Shown: positions 37,246 to 50,901 of the stretch, piece after piece | Numbering within the stretch: position 1 is the first letter of the stretch | How the letters are laid out: each line of letters opens with the position of its first letter | From: Carcharhinus longimanus | Lineage: Eukaryota | Length of the DNA: 64,000 nucleotides | Assembly: GCA_030264375.1 (NCBI GenBank) | Contig: JASCQW010000043.1 | Location: forward strand, 67,290,954 to 67,354,953 | Direction: 5' to 3' | Notes under the pieces: generated by a model | What the model saw: only the letters and a program-made list of their open reading frames with translations | What the model was told of the DNA's origin: nothing | Databases searched by the model: none | Made by a program: the position numbers and the translations under genes

Positions 37246-39109
37246 AATGCTCCTGTTGTTTCACTTCTCTCTTCATGAGATCTTTCAAGCTAAGGAATGC
37301 TGCCAATAGACTGACTAGGTCTCCATCTCACCTTCCTGGTTCCTTAGCCACCCTCAGGAGGTTTTAAGCTATCGTAGGCTCCTGCCACACTGCCACCCAA
37401 GCTCTGGACCTGTTTTCGCTACTTTCTCCCTCATCCCTCAGATTGTCAAATAGCATCTGGCCTCATCCTTCAGATTGTCAAAGAAAGGTCCACTGCTCAG
37501 TGCTCTCTCCATCATCCACGCCTGCTGCCAGAGGTCCCACTACTAAGTGCTGTTAAATAACTCATTTATTAGGTTCTTTGAGCAATGCAATTCCACAATC
37601 CCATGCTCCTGGGAAGCACAAATCAGAGAACTGGTGTCAGCTATAATGTTACACCTTATTGCCAATTAGTGCTTTGTTCACGTGAGCACTGCTGAATTAT
37701 CCCTTGTATAGCAAGCACATACAAATGCAATGGAACACTATGGCAAGGGGTATGCAAAGCCATATGATTGTTAGCATTTTGTCATTATAGCACTTTCATT
37801 TAATACGCATTGCGGCTCCTTGAAGGTTACCTTTACCTTATATTTTATATTGTAACATATCTAATTTTTCTTTTAATTTAGCATTCATTACAATTCTCTT
37901 TTGGTTCTGCAATACAATTAATAATGTACAGACATCCAAATGACATCTAGGATCTGATCTTAAATAGGTCATCATATAGAACGGTTGACCAAATCAACTG
38001 TTCTCTAATTCCCCTGTGTTTTCCAGAAACAGTTTCTTTCTTATTAAAGTGTAACTGATAATTCTGGCAACATTCTGTAATGATTGCTTTATTTATTTAT
38101 TTATAATAACTGATGATAACGTACAAGAAGAGGTATGAATATCCTAGAAACTAATGGGAAGAATTACACAAGATTTCGCATTTAAAACATTTACTGTAAC
38201 AAACAAATATCAACAATGACTAAAAGTTACTTAGGAGACAGTTTGTATTGCTTTCAGGAAAAGGTTTGTGTATGTAAGCAAACATGTGTGTATGAGACCA
38301 TTTGAAACTGGCAGCCTTATATGTCCAGGAGATCTAGGGGTGGCAGGAGCCACCAAAACCCATCCACATTGACCAAGAGGCTATGGCTGGAAATAGCTTC
38401 CACTATGAGCACAGCAGGGGACAACAGGAGATCAGGAATACTGGAAGAGGTTCCACGATTTGCTATGATCTAAAAAGGTGAGTTGTTCGGCACAAACACA
38501 CAGAGGTAAGTGATAGTTCACATCTGACCACTGTGCTTATGGTGGGAGATCTGGCCCTTACAAGCTTCCATGCTACAGGAGATGTATGTTTAAGCCACCC
38601 CTGTAGATGCACTCAGTAAAGGGCTAGAAATGTGAATATACTATAATTGAATGCCATACTCAAGAGATTTGTCTCTGGTGGCACTATATATTAGGCTAAC
38701 ATTTCTCTATGTTGTATCTGCAGGACAAGCGGGCCCATACTGGAGGTGGGATTGCAAGGTCATGGGTGATTTGGAACATCGAAGATGCAGCTATGNNNNN
38801 NNNNNNNNNNNNNNNNAGCCCATTGCTGACTACCAACACAGCCCATTATAGGTGCCAAAGGTGGTGAAGAGGCACAGCGATAACGGTGACAGGGATGTTG
38901 ATAGTTCACTGAACAGAAGGGGACATTTGCCTGACAGAGTGTGAAGGTTAGGAATACAAAGGACAGCACAATTATGATTGAAGGCAATGGGACATATCAC
39001 AACATGCTATAACAATGTGAAGGGCTACATGTCATTACACAAATCTTGTGTCTCACATAGTTCCTAGTGTTGCTCGCTCACTGCCAAAACCCCATTCCCC
39101 CAAACACCC

Positions 39110-40540
39110 AAAACCCATCAATCAAGAAAGACTGCATGGTTACATGGTATGAAAAGCTAAAAAAGAATCAAAGATAGCTGAGAAAATTTGCCCGACTATG
39201 ACATGTGCTGTTGGATTAGATGGACCAAAGCCAGAACAGTATCATCGTTGACTTATGAGGTTAATAGGCAAACTGTAACTGATCAATATGTGGAACAAAA
39301 AGATCTAAAAGGTACTTTTGATATGGTGCACTTGAAATGCTTCGAGACTATCAAGGCAAGAGCAAATTGGTCAATAATCATTCAGCTCTGCTGGCCACAA
39401 CTCCTTAGCCAGTAGGATAATGATGGCTGATTTCCAAAAGCAAGGAAAGGTATACATGTCCAAAAGATTTCTGAAAGACCAGAGAGAAAGGAGCTGTCAA
39501 TTGATGAGCACAATCCTTAAGAACTTTTACACTGATGTGATCTGGGCCACATGATATCTGTAGATCCACTTGTTTGAATTATTCCTTTTGTTGATAGCAA
39601 CAGAAGATCCTTCTAGTTCACAAAGTGAAGTCTGATGCAGAATCACATGTTCCTTAAATTCTTAATTTTCAAACCACCTAAAAAAATCCACCCAATTAAT
39701 TTGCACCATCACAGGGATAATTGTGAACAAAAAGGGTAATTTCTCTTCTTCAAAGTGAAGCCTGACGTTTTATATGTACACTTCCACATATTTCTGATAT
39801 TGTTCAAAAACAGTTATATAGCATATCTCTAAATACATTTTTCACATCCTGAATTTCCTTTTTCAACTTGATTTTTAGCTGAGCAAATTTGTCTTGATCC
39901 CCTGCACAAAATGCAACTTGTCTTTTTTTCATTATTGCTTTAAGTTCTTTGTAATCCAGGGTTTCTCATTTGGATAAATCTTAACTGTTTGTTTGGATTC
40001 TAAGTTGTTTACAGAAGATGATATATTCATTTATGATTTCAATGCTCTTATTTATGTTGTCTTCATCCATAAAAAAATCTCAATTGGTGTTACCAAAGCT
40101 AATTTGCAGATCTTGAATAGCCGCATTGCCCCAAACTTTAATCCTTTCCTACTGAGATTTATCACTCTCAGCTTTTGTCCATATTTAGTGAGGAGATGCA
40201 CAAAATCATGATCTGAATCTCTAACCCATGGATGAATCAAAACATTTGTCAGAGTCATGAATGGAGCAAAAACCATTGCCTTCTCTCCACAAGTTGGTTT
40301 GTCAACACACTTAATGAAGTTATGGAGTCTCTCTCAAAGCCAAGTTACAGTGGCTCATCTCACCAAAGATGATCTTCAGTGAATCTGGAGAAGGAGCAAC
40401 CATGTCTGATTGTTTCATAAACAACTTCTGCTGCCTCCTCTGCATTTTGGATAATGAATAATTCAAAGAATGCATAATTGATTGATCAAGGCAGAACTCC
40501 CTTCCAACTTCCTTGAGTGTCAGCCACACACTTTTGATTT
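39110..40540 (-). mobile_element. Rex1/Babar-clade LINE remnant (endonuclease to RT)
   Basis: PDSLKIIFGEMSHCNL, DSDHDFVHLLTKYGQKL, TVKIYPNEKPWIT, CGPDHISVKVLKDCAHQL, ELNDY*PI, IDQLQFAY, in colinear order. Confidence 0.85.
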
Positions 40541-41239
40541 AATTTGTGAAAGCTTTTGAAAAGGGAACCTTTGCTCTCCAAAGAACTCTGGTAGGTTTAG
40601 ACCTTCTGCTGAGAAGTATAAAGCCACAAAACCCGAGTTCTAAAAATCACATCTAACTGAAGCCAGTGGCAATTTTAAATAGCCTCCTCTGTGAACCACC
40701 CATGTACAACATATATCCTGCTCCCATTTCCTCCTTCCCCACACCTATCCTAGGTTCAAGAGTGGGGCTTCTGGAATCAGGGCTCTAGTGCCATTTTGGC
40801 TTGTGGGGTGGAACCCTTATTTCTCCACAAATTAGCTACCAGCAATTAATGATTGTCAATACATTTCATGTATCCTCATAATGTGCGCTAAAACACATCT
40901 TTTTTTAAATAAATTCTGACAATGCCAGAAACACAATCAAGCTAGGAGTGATTTATTAACAACAGCTCTAGAATGTTCTCCTAAGCTTCTCATTTTCAAG
41001 TTCCTATATTGTTACACAGCAGGAAATTGAATTTTATTTCTCTGAAAGATCAATGTTACCCTAAAACTTCTAACTTCTTTGCTCAGACAATATAAATTTA
41101 GTGAAACAGGACTGGTTGGAAGTTACACATTTTAATTCAAGAGGTCCACACAATGCCATAAGCAAATTAAGATCACAAAAATGATTCATTAGACATTTAT
41201 GTGCCACACAAAATGCACTTCTTGGCTCAGTTGAAGAAA

Positions 41240-41450
41240 TAACTTGTATTTACATAGCACTTTGTCATGTCTTCAGGGTGACCCAACCATTTCACAACCA
41301 ATTAATTACTTTCAAAGCATAGTCACTGTTGATTAATGTAATTAACTACAGCAGCCAATCATACACAGCAAAGTCCCACAAAATGTAAATGAAATGAAAG
41401 ACCAGTTAATAAGTTTTTGTAGTATTAGTTGAGGGTGGAATATAAATCTG
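41240..41450 (-). mobile_element. Deu-SINE 3' tail fragment
   Basis: AACTTGTATTTACATAGCACTTT...CACAGCAAAGTCCCACAAA. Confidence 0.65.
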
Positions 41451-41709
41451 GTAAAATCTTTCACACTGCCTTAAGGTCGGTTTGCCTTTAACAGTACTTT
41501 ATATGAAACAGTTCTTCAGACACACTCAGGAACAAATGCAGTTTTACAATATGAGTAATTGTATGAAACAGAATGTCAGCAGTCAGCTACTTCTGAAACC
41601 AGAATCAGTTGGTTTTCTCTCCTGATAATCGGACCCTGCATTCAAATATATTAAATTATCCTAGTCATGACAATTTCAGTCAATTACAAATCATTCAATA
41701 TTTATTATT

Positions 41710-41972
41710 ACAGAAGGTCAGGGGGCATGGAGTTGGGGGTAGGGTGTTAGCATGGATAGAGGATTGGCTGTCAAATAGGAGGCAGAGAGTGGGGGTNNNN
41801 NNNNNNNNNNNNNNNNNNNNNNNNNNNNNNNNNNNNNNNNNNNNNNNNNNNNNNNNNNNNNNNNNNNNNNNNNNNNNNNNNNNNNNNNNNNNNNNNTTAT
41901 TGAATGGCAGGGCAGGCTCGAGGGGCTAGTTGGCCTACTCCTGCTCCTATTTCTTATGTTCTTATGTTCTTA
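41710..41972 (+). mobile_element. Young CR1 insertion collapsed to a 100-N gap
   Basis: KVRGHGVGGRVLAWIEDWLSNRRQRVG, then tail GGCCTACTCCTGCTCCTATTTCTTATGTTCTTATGTT. Confidence 0.9.
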
Positions 41973-42696
41973 TTACAATGTCCACCTTTTGCAGACAATA
42001 ATTTTCTTTTACAAAGTTAAATATTTAGGCTATTTTCTAGTATCCCATACTACATGTACAAGCTTTTTGGAATGCTAGCCAGCTTCCGCACCAAATTTAA
42101 AACCACAAAGTGAAGTACTATTAGCTTGTTTCAGCAAGAACAATCACACGCTAAATAACAATTCAAGTAGTCCCCTGGTATCGAAACACATCAGGGTAGA
42201 ATTTCTGCTCTAGACACAACTAGCAATCTGACTGCAAATGGTGGTTGATATAGTGCTAATGTACTGACGGGAAATTGTGACTTCGGCTTCTGATCAAACG
42301 CACACATAATCACCAATGTAAAATCTTGCATGAGCCAGTGCAATCGAACAGCTCACCTTGTATTAAAAAACTTGGTAAATGGTGATAACCTGGTGCAGAT
42401 TGATTAATTCTGCAAAAAATACGTTTATCACCTAAATAAACATTTTTAATAAGTGTTGCATTTTGCATCTGCCAATTAACCCAATTTTCAATCTCTAAAA
42501 TGATCCTAAAAGCTGCACTGAACCATTTGCTTAAGGTAAAATACTGCTGATGCCGGAATCTTAAATAAAGTCAGAAAATGCTGGAAAACCTCAGCAAGTT
42601 TGATAGCTTGTGGAGAAAAAGCATGCCCATCGTTTTGGGTCTGGATGACCCTTTGTCAGATCTGAAGAGAAGAAAAATTGGAAAAGATTTATACAT

Positions 42697-43040
42697 GGGC
42701 GGCACGGTGGCACACTGGTTAGCACTGCTGCCTCACAGCACCAGGGATCTGGGTTCAACTCCCAGCTTGGGTCACTGTCTGTGTGGAGTTTGCACATTCT
42801 CCCCATGTCTGCATGGGTTTCCTCCAGGTGCTCCGGTTTCTTCCCACGGTCCAAAGATGTGCGGGTTAGCTCCAGTTTCCTCCCAGTCTGAAAGATTTGC
42901 TGGTAAGGTGCATTGGCCATGATAAATTCTCCCTCAATGCACGTGAACAGGCACTGGAGTGTGGCAACTAGGGAATTTGTAGAGTAACTTCATTGCAGTG
43001 CTAATGTAAGCCTACTTGTGACTAATAAACAAACTTTACT
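42697..43040 (+). mobile_element. HE1-headed V-SINE with alternative tail and internal duplication
   Basis: HE1 head and V-domain; tail AGTAACTTCATTGCAGTGCTAATGTAAGCCTACTTGTGAC. Confidence 0.88.
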
Positions 43041-43429
43041 ATGAGGTAGAGGGGATGCTGTAATTGCACAAATTAACATCCTCCCCATGATTAATTGCCT
43101 ACAGTTCTTTTCCCATCTACTGATCAAATTCTGATCCATGCCTTTGTCATCTTTAGATCAGAATGAACCAATGTTCTGCTTTCATTATGCACCTTCATCA
43201 ATTCCAGCTCATCCTACATTTTACTGTATATATTTCCAATGCGACAATAAGACTTGCTCACCTATCACCCTGTCCTTGGTGATCAACATTGGCTCCCAAT
43301 GCACTAACTTCTCAAATTTTAAAATTATTTAGTGTTTCAAATCACTTGTCTAACTCTATAACCCTATCTGTGCCTATCTCCCTATAGGCACAGATAGGGT
43401 TTCACCCTATAGTCTCCATCCACAACCCA

Positions 43430-43860
43430 AAATATTCTAAGGAGTTGGGAATGGAACCAAATCTTCAACACACATCTTCACTGCTGACCTTATATTGGAT
43501 GGAAGATTGTCGATTGAAGAGTTGGAGGGAGTAGGGTTTGGAACACTGCCATGAGGAATCACTGCAGGATTGCCTGGTGCTGTGTTGATTGACTTACAAA
43601 AACCACCACCATCTTTCTTTTCATTGGGATGACTTCGGCTGGTGAAGACTTTTCATTTGATTCCCACCAACTTCAATTTTACTTTAGCTCCCTGATGTCA
43701 CACTCAGTTAAATGATGCTTCAACTTCGAAGGTAGTTACTCTCACCTCAACTTTGAAATGCAGCTCTTTTGTACATGTTTGGCCCAAGGTTATAATAAGA
43801 TCTGAAGCTGAATAGTCCAGTGAAACCCAAACAGAGCATCGGTCAGCAAGTTATTGTTCT
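43430..43860 (-). mobile_element. RT fragment of CR1/Jockey-superfamily LINE
   Basis: Antisense PHGSVPNPTP..FNRQS, similar to 16600-16960. Confidence 0.65.
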
Positions 43861-44569
43861 GCCTTGTGTTCACGGTCTAGATGAGGTTTCTTTGGTGCTT
43901 ACTTGTTACCCAAATAATGCTACAGTAGACTGTTATTTGTGAAAAAAAATTTAGAGATCTGTGTACTTCTCAGTACTCTACACAAGACTGTACTTCTGCT
44001 TCCCACCAGATCTCAGTTAAATAATCACATGACGTTGCAATATAGTTACATCAGGATTAGCTGTTCCCTTTACTCTACAGCTCCTCCCCACCCCTACTAC
44101 TTATCCCAACCACTGTATATACATCCTCCTACAATTTCCGCAAGGTCTCGGCCTTCACAGATCTAGTCTTTGAGGTTCCATTCACCAATCTCCCTGATCT
44201 GGTTCTTATCTCATTCAAAAGTTAAGGGAAATCTGAAATCTCTTGTTAGTCAATAGCCAAATCTTCTACCCAAGTGATTGTAAACTTTCCATTTGCTTCT
44301 GGTTCATTGTCTCCATCTAGATCTAAATGCTATGTCCAAGGTCCCATTGGTTTCAAGGCTCTTCTGTTCCTTCTGATATTTCCCTGGTCCTTCTCAATTC
44401 TATAAGATCTCAATTGTATAGTTTTTTTTATTATGTCTTCTTTCTATTGATCTCGTGTCCACATTTTCTCCCACTGCAATCAAATCCTGTGAACATACTG
44501 CAGTCAGTGTGCCAATATGAAAGAAATGGATTATATTTGGTGACAGGAAACCAATTTGACGGACTACTT

Positions 44570-45180
44570 TGCTTTGAATAGCGTCAAGCTAAGTGAATGT
44601 TGCTGTGGTTTCATCCATCCAGACGTTTGTAAGCATTATGTCACACTCCTGACTTGAACTTTATAGCACTTTCAGGCAACAAAACACTCAAGAGGACCTA
44701 GTCTCTGCCCAACTTTGGCAAATAGTATTGACATACCTGGTCCACTTAAGCCATTAGTCATGATAGCTCACTTGACATTATTCATGTGTTAGAGCTGTTT
44801 ATGAAAGTCAAGGAGAGGTAACGGGGCCTTTCATTTTGTTTTAAATAGTCATTCTTCCCTACCTGACATAAATGTTATTCAGAATTTTGTCCAGATCCTG
44901 CAGTAAGCTACAGTTGCTTGCTCCATGATTACAGCAGTCATGTTTAGAGTGAAATATCGTCATGACATCAACTCAAAAATATGATAAAGGAAAGATCACT
45001 GTTTAAGCAGCTGAGAAGGTATTGTTAAGGACCATGCCTTGAGGAGGTCTACAAATGTGTCTCGAAGTTGTGATGATTAGTCCCTTCCAGCTAGGTGCAA
45101 TTCTCTGTGTCTATTTTCTGACTCCAGCTGTTAAAGAATTATCCTTTTTTGCTGAAAGTACCACCATCAGTTCATCCATT
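44570..45180 (-). mobile_element. Highly decayed LINE RT-to-3' fragment
   Basis: Similar to 1-104 (GGAAAGATCACTGTTTAAGCAGCTGAGAAGG..CCTTGAGG). Confidence 0.45.
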
Positions 45181-45188
45181 GAGACAAA

Positions 45189-45325
45189 GGGCAGGATTTT
45201 CCGGTCATGTCCACCCCAAAACAGGAAATTTCCACCCAAGGTCAAATGGATCTTTAAACGGTCCATCAAATTATCTGTCCGGGCCATGACGATTCCAGTG
45301 GTGAGTGGGACTGGAAAATTTACTT
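45189..45325. mobile_element. Small MITE
   Basis: GGGCAGGATTTTCCGGTC ... GACTGGAAAATTT inverted ends. Confidence 0.55.
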
Positions 45326-46864
45326 GAAAGAGTTTGGCATAGCACACTTTCAATACTAAAACATTGAAGAGAGGAACTTTGCTACACAAGTGACATAGCT
45401 GCAGTTACCAAATGCGTTCCAACTATTAAAACTATATCGAAAAAGGACATAAATTACATCTTACATCTTTAAAAAACATAGAATAAAATAATTTCATTAA
45501 AACATTGCATGGATTCATCAGACAAAGAAAATAACTGAAGTATTGTATGAGGCCACCATCTTTAACAAAGGGATTGTCATGCAAGCCTATTCTAGTTTGC
45601 AGAAGGAGAGAATGGTGGAAATAACATCTCATGGTTTTCATGATAATGTTTTGCGTAAGTTATTTAACAATATCTTTGTTAGTACATTGTATCTTCTGTC
45701 GTACATTTAATTCAAATTATTGGTTTTCAATATTCCAAAGTCTGATTCAAACCACCTACATGACAAACATTTCTTTTCCTATTTACAGGAATGCTAAAAA
45801 GATCAACAGCATGCCCACCAAGGACATTGACAAATAAGAGATCATAAACTTCAGGATATTGAAACCATTAGTAAGATTAAATTAGCTTGCAGAGACCGTT
45901 GCAAAAACCGATGGTGCTTGTTTTATGATTCAGCAGAAACACTGCATTAATTCAGGAAGCATCTGGAAGCATCAGCACTCACTACTGTACAAAATCATAG
46001 ACACCTTCCTGTGCCTAGTCAATTCCATAGTTGACTTTGGCCAACATCCAAATTCAATGCATTCAAAACAAAAAACAAAATTTGCATCATAGGCAAAGTA
46101 GATCCTGTACCTTTTCAGCATATGAATATGGCTTGCCATTTTATGACTTTATTTATCTGCACCAAATGCTGTGGTCAACGTAAAATCTGCATTGCTCTGC
46201 AGTTGAACTATTGGCGCTGACCAGTTACATTTAATACTGAAACATTATTTTATAACTTATGCATTAAAAATGTGTTACAAATTTTAAAATTACCAATAAT
46301 AGTGCCACTTTCCAGTGTATTCCATAAAATATTAACATTTTGTAAAACATTATTCAGATATCAGTACATTTCTTCTGGAATTTCATTTTTTAATAAACCT
46401 ATAATGTGTGTGTCTGATGCATGCATATGGGTTCAAGGATATCCAAAATGCAGACTCATTAAAATTTTAAAGTATACTTAACTATGATCATTAGAAAGTG
46501 CAACAGTTGCATTCATTCTTATAACAGGCCCAAGAAATAATCATTATTTGAAAATATAGGAACAATCAAATAATTCCAATGAATTTGCTTTCTGGGCTTA
46601 TATGACTTTGGCAAAATACTGAGCATGAAGTTATACTGAAAGAATAACTTCATAGAATCCCTACAATGCAGAAAGAAGCCATTTGTGTCTGCACCAACAA
46701 CAATCCCTCCCAAGCCGTATTCCCATAACCTCAAAAGGTACTTATTTTGTGAAAGATTAATAACATTCAGTGTTAACTCTACACAGTGAAATAGCACACT
46801 AAGACTTGTCATTTTACTTTTATACTCCTGTGAAATGTTAATAGCTAACCAAGGACCTGGGAAG

Positions 46865-47235
46865 AAGAAAATACATTTATGTAACACCATTTGTATCTTA
46901 AGAACCTCCCAAACTACTTTTGAATGTAATCACTACTGCAATATAAAGAAACACTTCAGTCAATATTCACAAAAGGTACCACAAACATCAATAAGAAATT
47001 GTTAAGTTTTGCTGATGTTGGTTGAGTGATGCAGGTTAGCTAGGATGCGAGGATATTCTCCTGCTTTACTAATAATGCCACCTTCAGTTTAATGGCACAA
47101 CCGAAAAACAACAAGCTAATAATGCTGCACTCCTTCGATAATGCAGTGGAGACAGTCTAGATTATATGCTCACCTTTGTAATGAAGCTTGTACTTCTGAC
47201 TCAGCAGCAAGAATGATGCACTAGATCAAGCTGAC
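46865..47235 (-). mobile_element. Decayed Deu-domain SINE
   Basis: Colinear with 16062-16554, including the head CTTCTGACTCAG..AAGCTGACAC. Confidence 0.65.
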
Positions 47236-48944
47236 ACTTTGATGTTCACAACAGTTCCACTGCTGGGTAATGCTTGCTTGTTTAAATTTATTGAAGAATG
47301 CCTAACATGAGCTAAAATTGTTGTTTACCATGCCGATACCTGAAACATACAGGTCTCAGAAATATTATTTTTATACTTACAACTTCATTTGCCAATCACT
47401 TTACAAAATGTTCTTAAAATGGAAGTAATTCTATTCTTTCCTCTTCATAATATCCTACACTTAACTATGTTTTGCTCCATCTACCTCAAGATAGGTTTTC
47501 AATATTTGCTTAAAATACAATAAAGGCCTTGATTTGTTTATTCTTCCCTCCTCACTCTTTAAACCCAAGCTACTTACATAGCATAATTGTTGAAGTTATT
47601 TTATTTATTCCCTCTACTCCTCACAGTGGCTTTGTAATTCTTGGGTGTATGTTATAGCAGGGAGGCTTTTCCTATCATTACTTCTACAATGAGTGGCACC
47701 TTAAACAATGGCCATTCACCCTGCTCCAAGCCACACTGATTTCAATAGTTACAATGCCGGAGCTCAGTATCAAAGTTTTTTTTAATAAGTATTGCTCCGG
47801 TGCTGGCATGAACATCAGTTCTTCTCAGCAAACCAAAAACTTCATTCTAAACAACATAATTAGCTAAAATGTTTCAGCTAATAGCTTGAAACACTAAAAA
47901 AAAGTTTCCTTATTTATTTTTTTTCTAATTACCTCGGTGTTAACATCATTTAGGAGTTCTAGATAGATCATTCTTGTTGAAACATTGTGGTTCATTACAG
48001 TTGGAAAGTTACATCAATGTTATAACATCATGAAAGAATCATCACATTGAACATCTTTCATTCTTATTTCTGTAATCTTCTTGTGACAAGAGAGAAGTGA
48101 TCTCTTCCACGGTCTTTCTCCATCTAAAATGATCATAATTTCAAGTTTTTTATTTTATTGCTGAAAATGAAAAAGCATTTAACTTGTCTATTTTCTAAAT
48201 CCCAAATAAACACTACAATCATTCGAGATTAGCATGGCAGCTGTCAAGGAGGCCGGAGGTGCTGTATCCAGTTTCCTGTTCAGCTTCCATGCCTTCCAGC
48301 ACCTCAATGCTGACTTGGACACATAGGGATTTCTACTCGGGGAAATTAAAGAAGAAGCAATTTGAGATATAAAAGCAGGCCTGAGTGGCAAAAAAAAATT
48401 TGGACATATTGGGTTGAATTTTATTACCCTCCCCAATCCTGATAATTTCAAGGCAAGGGGGGCTAGTAAAATGCAGCATGTGGCCTTGCTGCAGTCCTAC
48501 CCCACCACCCCAAATGTCTCCCATTTTACACTGAACAGGAAAGGCATCAGGCAGCTTAAATATCTCATTCCACACACTCTGCTACTTTACTCACGGCAGA
48601 AGAAGGCCCATGCCAAGCAGAAAGCATAGCAGCTCCTATTGCTAGGAGTGGGGGGGAAACATCCTTTAAGGTTCATTGTGCTGATCGGAGGCATATTCCC
48701 CCATTCCACCAAGACTATACACTGCACATTCCCACCCACTCCGTAATCCCACTCTTCAGCCTTTCAAAACTGGCCCACCAACCCCCTTGCTAGGGTCTGC
48801 CAACAAGGCCCCACTGATACCTTGGATTTATCTTGAACCTTTCTTGACCTGCAAGTTAAGCTTTGGGGACTATCTGTAGTCCTAGCAGTGGGGTTGAAAT
48901 GTAATATTTCCAAGTTTTTAAAACTCTTTCATGTGATGTGGTCA

Positions 48945-49154
48945 ATGCTGAAAGGCCAACATTTTTTGCTTGTCCCTAATTGTCCTTGACCTTGTTAAGC
49001 CATTTCAGAAATCAGTTAAGAATCAACCACATTATTGTGGGTCTGGGGCCACATGTAGGGCAGACCATGTAAGGATGGCAGATTTCCTTTCCTTAAGGTC
49101 ATCAGTGAACAGAAATGGGTTTTTATGACATTTGATGACAGTATCATGGTCACC
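48945..49154 (-). mobile_element. Short element joining the 5' head and 3' tail of the CR1/Jockey-superfamily LINE
   Basis: 48945-48990 matches the tail at 15870-15940; 49000-49154 matches 18900-19050. Confidence 0.75.
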
Positions 49155-49164
49155 TTGATTTGCT

Positions 49165-49630
49165 GAAGACATAAAACCAGGTGGGAATATAAGCTCTGAG
49201 GAGGATGCAAAAAGATTTCCCAAAGGTTTAGACAGGCTAGGTGAGTAGGCCAGTACATAGCAGTTGTAATATAATGCAGAAAAATGTGAAGTTATCCATG
49301 TTAGTAGGAAAAACAGAAATGCAGAGCATTTCTTAAATGGCAGGAAATGGAGAAATGTTGATGTCCATAGAGATCTGACTGTCCTTGTTATGAGTCACTG
49401 AAAGCTAATGTGTGGGTACACAAGCAATTAGGAAGGCAAATGGTATGTTGCCCTTAATTGCAAAAGAATTTCAGTACAGTAGTAAAGAAGTCTGGCTGCA
49501 ATTGTACAGAGCCTTGATGAAATTGCACCTGCAGTATTAGCCTCCATACCTAGTGAACTATATATTTTCCATAGAGGGAGTGAGTTGAAGGTTCAGAAGG
49601 ATTGTCCAGTGAGGAGAGTTTGTGGAGACT
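49165..49630 (+). mobile_element. CR1 RT fragment
   Basis: FAEDIKPGG (degenerate FADDTK), YNAEKCEVIH, QAIRKANGML. Confidence 0.85.
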
Positions 49631-50901
49631 ATATTTAACAAATCACTGCTAAGTCTCTGGTTTAAAATTGTCTCTTTGTAAAATGAACACAGTCATAAAT
49701 CTTTCTTCTTGATTCATAGACTGCTATAAAGTTGGCTGATTCTGCTTTTCACTGGATATTCAAGGTTCACCTCTGAGACCATCTGTAGTGAGTTATTGTT
49801 CTCTTTGTTCATCATCTTCTTTTCCCAGCTTTAGCAAACCTAGCATAATTCCATTATATTGTGCTTCCTTTTATGCTTGTAAGCTCATATTGGTGAGTTA
49901 ACTTATGTAACTCACTTTTTAATGTTCTTGTTAAACTATGTACAACTTCCCAATATCTTCTGAACATAAGAAATGAGAGCAGGAATGGGCAATATGGCCC
50001 TATTCAATCAAAAGTGTTAGAAATCTTAACAGGTAGGGTTTTCTAGCCATTCCCACTAGTGGGATCTTCCAATTCTGCTGTCTACGGGTTCCCTGGTGGC
50101 AGAGAATGAGAAAACCCTGTTGACGGCAGCAGAAACAGAAAATCCTGCCATCAGCCAATGGCGGACCATCGTAAAACAGGCTGCAGGGTGTTGACATAAG
50201 GTAAATAATGAGAAATAGTTTTCAATGACTGAAGGGTCTATAACAGAGGGTGCAGATTAAAGGTGATTGGTAAAATAATCAGAGATGACATTGAGAAATG
50301 TATTTTATGCAACAAGCGATTAGGAGATAGAATGTAGTGCCAACATGTACTTGGTGTGCTAAATGACCTTCTTCTGGGCTGTATTGTCATGTGATTCAAG
50401 AGGCGTGGTTCTTAATGTTGTTATGATGGCCACAGGGAATCATCGATAGACTTCTTTGGGGCCACAAGGAGTACAAGCTTTCTTGCTGAGTGAGCAAAGG
50501 CTTATTCAATGAGAAGTAGATAGTAGGGTTTTATTAATCAGCATCAATCCAAAGTGTTGTAGATCCAAAGTGTAGACTGTCTAGCTGTAAGCTGCAGGCA
50601 CGGCTCTTTTCTCTGGTACAAAGTAAAGATTGTTTGGACTTGGAAAATTGGCAGTTGACTGAATTACTACAAATGGTTTAGCAGGAAAACCAGTACAAGT
50701 CAGCACGGAGGAAAGTTATGTAAACTAGTGGTTTTCAAAATGTGGTCCTTGGATTGGTCCAAAATGGAAGTCACTGAAGCTGGTATTTGGTGAGAAAGGT
50801 TTGATGAACTTTTAGCTCTACCCAAGGTCTAAACATCCTGGATTCACAAACACATCTCTGACGCACTTGCTGCCATTCACAATAGGACAGAACTGCAACG
50901 T

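Noticed and set aside
37429-37482. Short tandem-like duplications (also 9724-9790 and 13486-13530) and the (TA)n at ~56942-56963
   Set aside because: Ordinary slippage products with no sign of function.
40052-40529. Minus-strand ORFs that looked like host exons
   Set aside because: Explained as Rex1/Babar endonuclease remnants.
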